A DNA stretch of 33,203 nt, taken from a virus. A model generated the notes under the pieces. The model searched no databases and was not told the DNA's origin. It worked only from the letters and a program-made list of their open reading frames with translations. The position numbers and the translations under genes are program-made. This document shows, in pieces, positions 27,101 to 33,203 of the stretch. The stretch's first letter is position 1. Each line of letters starts with the position of its first letter. The DNA lies in UHGV virus genome UHGV-0162190. One strand, written 5' to 3'.

Positions 27101-27292
27101 TATCTCACTAACTAACCAATGATTGAATCATACCAAGTAAACCGTTGTATTTGATCTCTCCTTATATAATTTTTTGTTATTAATCAATATAAATAAATAA
27201 CAAAAAGAAATATAGCTAATTTTCATCCGTCTCATCACAATAAATATCAACAAATCAAGAATATCGTTTGATTATCTAGTCTTTCCAATTCA

Positions 27293-29581
27293 TTAAAATA
27301 AAAACAATGCTTCATCTTCAATTCCCGGCCAAACATCAGCAACCGGATACATGAATTTTTTCCCGTCATAATTTACGGTCGCGCCACGCGCCAGCGCCTC
27401 AAGCTCCCATCGCTGAGGGCTGATACCGTTCTGAGCAAGGTCAACGCGGATACGGGTAATTTGCATTCGTTCCGACCTGGTCAGCCTGGCTGATGGCGCT
27501 ATTTCATGCGGTTTTAACGGGCTTCCGTCTCTTTGCTGACGGTTTGGTGTTCTCAGTCCGTGTTTTAATGCACCCCTGAGCGCCCTCACGACCTCCGGGT
27601 CACTCCATTCGATGACACCGTCATCAACCAGATTAAGCACTGCTGCGGCGTGTTCAGAAGGCGTGGGAGCCGGTGACGAAGTATCACCACCGGTGAGCTT
27701 TCCACAGTTATTGACAGGACTCCGAGGCGCGGCGATGCCGCTTTTTAAAGTCAAAGGCTCAACGACCGGAACTTTCGGCACAATGCGCCAGTCCGTCGTT
27801 CTGGTGATATGAATATGACGCGCGCCGAGATGCGGCGCGTAAATGCCGACCACTCTCTCGACTTCTTCCTCGTACTCGTTAACTTCATCCGACGGACTAC
27901 GGGCAACCCTGACAGTCTGACAATCGCGCGGAACATTTGCCCCACCCTGCGCGCTGATATACAACGCAAAATCACCACTGTCTGCGGCAGCGCGTGCAGC
28001 CTCGACGCGTTCGTCAAACTCATCAGCAATGCTGACGCCGCGAGGCAATTTGCGTAGTTCACGGTAAGCCCCCATTGTCGGCAGGCCAACCGTTTTAAAT
28101 TGCGGAATGCGCCACGTTGATGCCCATGCGGTAACAGCCGCGGCAGTGTCTTTCAGCGGCCTGCCGGTATCGTTATCGAGCTGACCATCCAGTGCATAGC
28201 CATCGATGTTTTTTGAGATGTATTTCGCGATATACCCCGCAGCACCGCCCCGGTTAAGGTGTTTTGCCTGAAAACGGTTTCGCGCAGCTCCTCTTTCGTC
28301 GCCATCCTCTTTGAGCGCGTAGCGACGCATGATTTCAATAATCTGGTTACGCTGGCGTGGATTACAAAAAAGCATCATATGCCAGTGCGGCGTTCCGTCG
28401 TGGTGTGGTTCAACAACACGCAAACCGTAGGCCTGTAAATCATTATCCTTGAATGCCGTGCGCATCAGGCTCCAGATACGGCAGAGATAACGCTGCGCAT
28501 CCTTTGGATTAAATGCCTCATCGTTCCAGCCGTGATTTAGCTGGACGGTTTTACTTTCGCCTTTTCTGACCTGACGTGTCGGGTGATACTTTGACGGCGC
28601 GGTCAGCGTGATAAACATCCCCACATCACCCTCTGCGGCGGCGTAACGCTCAATACCGGCAATGGTGTTCATCAGCTCCATCCGGCGAATTTCAGGATTA
28701 GAAATACTGCCCATCACCTTACTGATAAGGTCGATGCGCTCGCCGGTTTCCCTGTTTTCAAGGTCACACGATTTAAGAAATTCCAGATTTGCCTGGCGGC
28801 GTGCACGCACATCACGAATGGCATGTTTACTGGCATAAGGAGAACGGTCTTTATTGACCTCCCCGACAGCAATCAGTAACGCCTCATGCCAGCGCATACG
28901 CTGGCCTTTAAGCTGATGAGTCCACCACTCATCGTTAAACAGGCGGGCAATGGCAGAATATGCCTGCCTCGTGGTCATCTGTCCTTTACGGTATTTTTTC
29001 CAGTAGAGCGGGGAAATATTGAAAGCACGTGCAGCGCCAGCAACATGACCATAGAGGTGAGCCTGCGCCTCATCCGTAAACAGCGATTCTTTTTCGCCAT
29101 GTGCATCAACCCAGGCATCGCAGAGTTCCTCATACATCATGAAAAGCTGCGATGAGATACGGGCAGCAAACTTTTTCAGCTCCTTGTCATTCATCCCCGG
29201 CAGGCGCGCATAGTGGTCACGCTCTGCCAGAAACAGCAACGACGCGTCGGTGTTCATTTCATGGCGCTGATTAACGCGCTCAATGCGCGGCCATAAACGA
29301 CGCTGAAAAGTGGATGTGAGGAAATAAAACCCGTGCACCGGGCTTTTATTGCGCCGGATGTAGTCATAGCGTGAAGTAAACAGCGAGCGCAAAAAGTAAG
29401 GCAGGCGATTAATCGTGGATAAAACACCTTGCACCTGACGCATCTCGTCACGTGTAAGGGGTCTTTCGCGCCCGACGGCCTCGCGTGGCGCGTTCCATGC
29501 ATAAGCACCGGTAAACGTCTCACCGGTGCCTGCGGCAAATGCTGACGGAGGGACAAAACGCCCGGAGGCTTTAACGGCCAT
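27293..29581 (-). CDS. A: Replication initiator gpA (rolling-circle nickase)
   Basis: ORF 27293-29623 trimmed to the ATG at MAVKASGRF, giving about 762 aa. HUH-type motif (EPHHDGTPHWHMMLF) and catalytic tyrosine region (AGYIAKYISK). Confidence 0.88.
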   Translation of the reverse strand: MAVKASGRFVPPSAFAAGTGETFTGAYAWNAPREAVGRERPLTRDEMRQVQGVLSTINRLPYFLRSLFTSRYDYIRRNKSPVHGFYFLTSTFQRRLWPRIERVNQRHEMNTDASLLFLAERDHYARLPGMNDKELKKFAARISSQLFMMYEELCDAWVDAHGEKESLFTDEAQAHLYGHVAGAARAFNISPLYWKKYRKGQMTTRQAYSAIARLFNDEWWTHQLKGQRMRWHEALLIAVGEVNKDRSPYASKHAIRDVRARRQANLEFLKSCDLENRETGERIDLISKVMGSISNPEIRRMELMNTIAGIERYAAAEGDVGMFITLTAPSKYHPTRQVRKGESKTVQLNHGWNDEAFNPKDAQRYLCRIWSLMRTAFKDNDLQAYGLRVVEPHHDGTPHWHMMLFCNPRQRNQIIEIMRRYALKEDGDERGAARNRFQAKHLNRGGAAGYIAKYISKNIDGYALDGQLDNDTGRPLKDTAAAVTAWASTWRIPQFKTVGLPTMGAYRELRKLPRGVSIADEFDERVEAARAAADSGDFALYISAQGGANVPRDCQTVRVARSPSDEVNEYEEEVERVVGIYAPHLGARHIHITRTTDWRIVPKVPVVEPLTLKSGIAAPRSPVNNCGKLTGGDTSSPAPTPSEHAAAVLNLVDDGVIEWSDPEVVRALRGALKHGLRTPNRQQRDGSPLKPHEIAPSARLTRSERMQITRIRVDLAQNGISPQRWELEALARGATVNYDGKKFMYPVADVWPGIEDEALFLF

Positions 29582-29846
29582 ATGAGCCAAAAGCCTCTGA
29601 ACAACGCCTGCTGAGTTGCTCAACCTGCGCGTTTAAATCAGCAAAAGACTTTGCGCTTCCGGTCAGAATATCGTGATGCATCAGGCCGGAAACGAGCTGG
29701 CTTAATTTCGGGTAATAACCAACCACTGCCAGCCATTCCTGACCGGCGTTTTTACCGCTTTCCGCTCTCTTTTTCTCGTGGAGAATAAACTGAAAGCTGT
29801 CACTGGTAACGACATAACGTTCGCCAATTTCAATACGAATACTCAT
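29571..29846 (-). CDS. Small early protein (91 aa), P2 orf83-equivalent position
   Basis: ORF immediately upstream of A in the early operon. Confidence 0.55.
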   Translation of the reverse strand: MSIRIEIGERYVVTSDSFQFILHEKKRAESGKNAGQEWLAVVGYYPKLSQLVSGLMHHDILTGSAKSFADLNAQVEQLSRRCSEAFGSYGR

Positions 29847-30067
29847 GCCGTTCTCCGGTAATGTTTGTTTTTTGCTTCAAAGACTGACTGACAGGAAACA
29901 CAACGCGTGGCTGACGGATAAGCCGCACGACGGGCAGCAGGTATTGGCGCGTCACACTCTTCGCAAACCAGCGCAGAAGCACCGCAATGTTTTACCCTTG
30001 CCGCGTTAATCTGGCGCTCCAGTAATTCAGCCTGTTGTTCCTGAATAAAATCTACGTTGTCCGGCAT
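29843..30067 (-). CDS. TraR/DksA-family C4 zinc-finger protein (74 aa)
   Basis: CxxC...CxxC spacing (CEECDAPIPAARRAAYPSATRCVSCQ) in a small early-operon ORF. Confidence 0.7.
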   Translation of the reverse strand: MPDNVDFIQEQQAELLERQINAARVKHCGASALVCEECDAPIPAARRAAYPSATRCVSCQSVFEAKNKHYRRTA

Positions 30068-30069
30068 TA

Positions 30070-30372
30070 TCAGCTCCTTTTATCGTTAAGTTTCCTGGAT
30101 ACATCAGCGCAATAACTGGCAAGTTCTGTCGTTAATTTTGTCAGTTCATCCACGGAGGAAATTTGCTTGTGGAATACAGCGCGTTTAACAAGTAAATTGA
30201 CCACATCAGACAGGAGGTTTAATTCATTCTGATAAATCGCGATAACAGATTCAGTTATGTCGCGTTTTTCTTTATCAAGACAAAGTTGAATAAGAGACAA
30301 ATCACCATTTTCCATAACGGCGATTTTTAAGGCGTTATTCAGTAATACAACTGAATGAGAACAGGACATCAA
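30070..30372 (-). CDS. Hypothetical early protein (100 aa)
   Basis: ORF in the B-to-A interval of the early operon; overlaps its neighbours by a few nucleotides. Confidence 0.55.
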   Translation of the reverse strand: MMSCSHSVVLLNNALKIAVMENGDLSLIQLCLDKEKRDITESVIAIYQNELNLLSDVVNLLVKRAVFHKQISSVDELTKLTTELASYCADVSRKLNDKRS

Positions 30373-30626
30373 AGTACCTCCCCGCGAGACAATCCGATAT
30401 TGTGAAATTTTTCCGACTCCTGACTGAGCAGCTCGACTATCTCCACGCGGGATAACTCCGCCTTTGTGATGTGGCGAATCATGGCGTCAAGATGAGAAGA
30501 AAAGCGCGTCGCCGCGTCGGCCTGTGCTTCGGTTCTGGTCTGTTGCAGCAGTAATGCGTATTTACCGCACTGATTTTCAGAAACTGTATGCATGACTTTC
30601 TCCAGGCAAAAAGAAGCCCCGCACAA
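30369..30626 (-). CDS. Hypothetical early protein (85 aa)
   Basis: ORF in the B-to-A interval of the early operon. Confidence 0.55.
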   Translation of the reverse strand: MCGASFCLEKVMHTVSENQCGKYALLLQQTRTEAQADAATRFSSHLDAMIRHITKAELSRVEIVELLSQESEKFHNIGLSRGEVL

Positions 30627-30656
30627 TTAAGTGCGTTAAAAACTCTGGTTACTTAC

Positions 30657-31157
30657 TTAATGCAGATATTGCTCTGGTTTTACCGATGTCAGAATTGTCG
30701 GTACATACTCAAACAGGCTGAACAATTCACGTAATGCACGGAATAAAGCATCACGCCAGTAACATGATTCTTCATTAATGCGCCAGTAGGGCTGATTGAA
30801 TTCTTTTTCTGTCAATCCCGCATGCATAAATAAAGTACGACGCTGACTGACTGTTAAAAAACTAATATATGCATACTCACTTGCACCGACCTGACGGCGT
30901 TTTGAGAATGCCCCACGCAGTTCATCAATTGCACAAACCAGCCGTTCACGTTCGACGTCGTTCATTTCTTCAAAACGCATCGTTGCGTGACGTTGTTTTA
31001 ACTGCGCATGAAAGCAAACCGTTAGCCGTTCGCGCTCCATCATCTGATTATAATAATCACATGTCTCCTGCCAGCGAGGGACGGCAAGATGCTTGCCAAT
31101 TATCCGGCGCATAGCTGCTGGCTGTTTTTCGACGAGATTGAGCGTCATCACTGTCAT
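30657..31157 (-). CDS. B: Replication protein gpB (helicase loader)
   Basis: 166-aa ORF between cox and A, P2 B length. Confidence 0.8.
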   Translation of the reverse strand: MTVMTLNLVEKQPAAMRRIIGKHLAVPRWQETCDYYNQMMERERLTVCFHAQLKQRHATMRFEEMNDVERERLVCAIDELRGAFSKRRQVGASEYAYISFLTVSQRRTLFMHAGLTEKEFNQPYWRINEESCYWRDALFRALRELFSLFEYVPTILTSVKPEQYLH

Positions 31158-31348
31158 TTCCAGACCCTCCGGCTTTTCAGAAAGGTCAGAGCCTTCTTTA
31201 ACGGACTCTGTTTTTTGGTGCGGATAATGATTCCCTTACGCCCCTTACCGTGGGTGATGGTGAAGTCAATCGCCCTAGGGCTTTCGTTACGCAATAACTG
31301 AGCAATACAACGAGGCTCGTTCATACGGTTCTCCTTAACGTGGTTCAC
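31154..31348 (-). CDS. Small hypothetical protein (64 aa), P2 orf78-equivalent position
   Basis: ORF between cox and B; overlaps both. Confidence 0.45.
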   Translation of the reverse strand: MNHVKENRMNEPRCIAQLLRNESPRAIDFTITHGKGRKGIIIRTKKQSPLKKALTFLKSRRVWK

Positions 31349-31610
31349 CGAGACCTAACCACATCAACCAGCCGTCACGAATCTCTTTAGGGCGGCTTTC
31401 ATAAGCCAGTTTTAGTCCGTTATTCCATGCCGGAAGGTATACCCAATATTCACCTGCACGACCTGAAGCTGATTGTGGATCGGTCATATCAATTACAGGC
31501 AGCTTTCCTTTATCGATCATCCGACGAACCGCTCCTGTCGATTTTCCTATTAGTTTTGCGAACTCCTGATAAGGAATCGCATCAGTCATGAGTGTTACTT
31601 GCTTGCTCAT
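31335..31610 (-). CDS. cox: Cox (excisionase and repressor of the lysogenic promoter)
   Basis: 91-aa basic ORF, first gene of the early operon, divergent from C. Confidence 0.8.
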   Translation of the reverse strand: MSKQVTLMTDAIPYQEFAKLIGKSTGAVRRMIDKGKLPVIDMTDPQSASGRAGEYWVYLPAWNNGLKLAYESRPKEIRDGWLMWLGLGEPR

Positions 31611-31691
31611 GTCGTCCCCCAGCCCTCATGAATTGCGTTTAATGCCTTATAATGCCTTTTAGTGCCCACATCCAAGCACTAAACAATCTAC

Positions 31692-31721
31692 ATCTAAACT
31701 AAATACTATTGAGATCTAAAC
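31692..31721. promoter_or_regulatory. Immunity operator/promoter region: two direct repeats ATCTAAAC spaced 22 bp start to start
   Basis: Direct repeats read from the sequence immediately upstream of the C start; consistent with the P2-type C operator (directly repeated half-sites around the early promoter). Confidence 0.5.
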
Positions 31722-31724
31722 ACC

Positions 31725-32024
31725 ATGTCAAACACGATAAGCGAGAAGATAGTCTTAATGCGAAAATCAGAGTATTTGAGCAGACAACAACTTGCTGATT
31801 TAACAGGGGTTCCGTATGGCACGCTGAGTTACTATGAAAGTGGTCGTTCAACACCTCCAACAGATGTCATGATGAACATCCTGCAGACCCCACAATTCAC
31901 CAAATACACTTTATGGTTCATGACCAATCAGGTCGCTCCTGAGTCCGGGCAAATTGCGCCCGCTCTCGCACACTTTGGGCAAAACGAAACAACGTCGCCC
32001 CACTCCGGTCAAAAGACTGGTTAA
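31725..32024 (+). CDS. C: Immunity repressor C
   Basis: 99-aa ORF with an N-terminal HTH (LSRQQLADLTGVPYGTLSYYESG), divergent from cox and upstream of int. Confidence 0.85.
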   Translation: MSNTISEKIVLMRKSEYLSRQQLADLTGVPYGTLSYYESGRSTPPTDVMMNILQTPQFTKYTLWFMTNQVAPESGQIAPALAHFGQNETTSPHSGQKTG

Positions 32025-32139
32025 CAATTCATCGTGAATATATTCATCACAAGTGCCTACTATTGGTGGCTAAATTTCAGCCACCACGAAAAAAGCGATT
32101 AGTAGTCGCAAAAAAACACACCACTCGGAGGGTTTTCTG

Positions 32140-33153
32140 ATGGCAATCAAAAAACTCGATGATGGTCGATATGAAGTGGACATCCGCCCTACTGGACGTA
32201 ATGGAAAACGCATCCGTAGGAAGTTTGATAAGAAAAGCGAAGCTGTCGCTTTCGAGAAATACACGTTGTACAACCACCACAATAAAGAATGGCTATCAAA
32301 ACCAACAGATAAGCGACGTCTGTCGGAGCTGACACAGATCTGGTGGGATTTAAAGGGTAAACACGAAGAGCATGGGAAATCTAATCTTGGAAAAATTGAA
32401 ATCTTCACAAAAATAACGAATGACCCATGCGCATTTCAAATTACGAAATCGCTTATCAGCCAGTACTGCGCCACCCGAAGAAGTCAGGGTATTAAACCTT
32501 CGAGTATCAATCGTGATTTAACATGTATTAGCGGCATGTTTACAGCCCTGATTGAAGCGGAGTTATTCTTTGGTGAGCACCCTATCAGAGGGACAAAAAG
32601 GCTTAAGGAGGAAAAACCAGACACAGGCTATCTCACGCAGGAAGAAATTGCCTTACTGCTTGCTGCTCTTGACGGCGACAACAAAAAGATTGCGATTCTT
32701 TGCCTGAGTACTGGAGCACGTTGGGGAGAAGCAGCTCGTTTGAAAGCAGAAAATATCATCCATAACCGCGTCACGTTTGTTAAAACGAAAACAAACAAAC
32801 CACGCACCGTCCCGATCTCAGAGGCTGTTGCCAAAATGATCGCGGATAACAAACGAGGTTTTTTATTCCCTGATGCTGATTACCCTCGCTTCAGACGAAC
32901 AATGAAAGCAATAAAACCGGATTTGCCAATGGGGCAAGCCACACATGCACTAAGGCACAGCTTTGCCACTCATTTCATGATTAATGGAGGAAGTATTATC
33001 ACGCTACAACGGATACTAGGTCACACGCGGATTGAGCAAACTATGGTTTACGCTCATTTTGCGCCAGAGTACCTTCAGGACGCCATTTCTCTTAATCCGC
33101 TAAGAGGTGGTACTGAGGCCGAGAGTGTCCACACAGTGTCCACAGTAGAGTAA
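32140..33153 (+). CDS. int: Tyrosine integrase
   Basis: 337-aa ORF with the C-terminal catalytic region (HALRHSFATHF...LGHTRIEQTMVYAHF), downstream of C. Confidence 0.9.
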   Translation: MAIKKLDDGRYEVDIRPTGRNGKRIRRKFDKKSEAVAFEKYTLYNHHNKEWLSKPTDKRRLSELTQIWWDLKGKHEEHGKSNLGKIEIFTKITNDPCAFQITKSLISQYCATRRSQGIKPSSINRDLTCISGMFTALIEAELFFGEHPIRGTKRLKEEKPDTGYLTQEEIALLLAALDGDNKKIAILCLSTGARWGEAARLKAENIIHNRVTFVKTKTNKPRTVPISEAVAKMIADNKRGFLFPDADYPRFRRTMKAIKPDLPMGQATHALRHSFATHFMINGGSIITLQRILGHTRIEQTMVYAHFAPEYLQDAISLNPLRGGTEAESVHTVSTVE

Positions 33154-33203
33154 CGTTTAAGGGCTTTCAGTGGTAATTTATGCCGCTCAAACCCGCATTG
33201 TAC

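Larger units (their letters stand above)
1..33203. mobile_element. P2-like prophage, near-complete; the ogr-side end and both att junctions lie at or beyond the window edges
   Basis: Complete P2-type gene order with matching protein lengths (D 387, U 159, T 815, FII 172, FI 396, G 175, I 176, J 302, W 115, K 165, Y 93, M 247, N 357, Q 344, C 99, Int 337 aa), an internal P2 cos sequence, and integrase at the right edge. Confidence 0.93.

Noticed and set aside
1-33203. CRISPR arrays, tRNA or rRNA genes, and IS or transposon insertions
   Set aside because: I saw no regularly spaced direct repeats, no cloverleaf-like tRNA adjacent to int, and no transposase-like ORFs with terminal inverted repeats. 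The three cargo islands lack recombinase genes and appear to be backbone-embedded morons, not mobile elements.

Overview
The window is a near-complete P2-like (Peduovirus-type) temperate phage genome integrated as a prophage in an enterobacterial host, shown reverse-complemented relative to the usual P2 map. Gene order and protein lengths match P2 almost one-for-one. On the minus strand: tail genes D-U-T-E/E'-FII-FI, tail fibre G-H, baseplate I-J-W-V, S-R, lysis LysC/LysB/LysA-K-Y, then X-L-M-N-O. On the plus strand: terminase P and portal Q, followed by an exact P2-type cos site. Then on the minus strand: replication genes A, four small ORFs, B and cox; on the plus strand: repressor C and integrase. 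The conserved backbone is interrupted by three AT-rich cargo islands at positions where P2 relatives are known to vary. (i) Between FI and G (the P2 Z/fun position) sit two convergent unknown genes, one with a HEPN-like RNase motif. (ii) Between V and S sits an opposite-strand three-helix membrane protein. (iii) Between cos and gene A (the P2 old/tin position) is the most interesting locus: a reverse transcriptase with retron-type motifs, translationally coupled to a small XRE-family HTH protein, preceded by a structured non-coding leader and followed by a C-terminally membrane-anchored protein. I regard this RT cassette as the best candidate for an undescribed or poorly described anti-phage system, but I cannot confirm novelty without database searches. 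No tRNA, rRNA, CRISPR array or IS element was recognised. Gene coordinates come from the ORF track, with starts adjusted to in-frame ATG codons; coordinates of short sequence motifs are read by eye and may be off by 1-2 nt.
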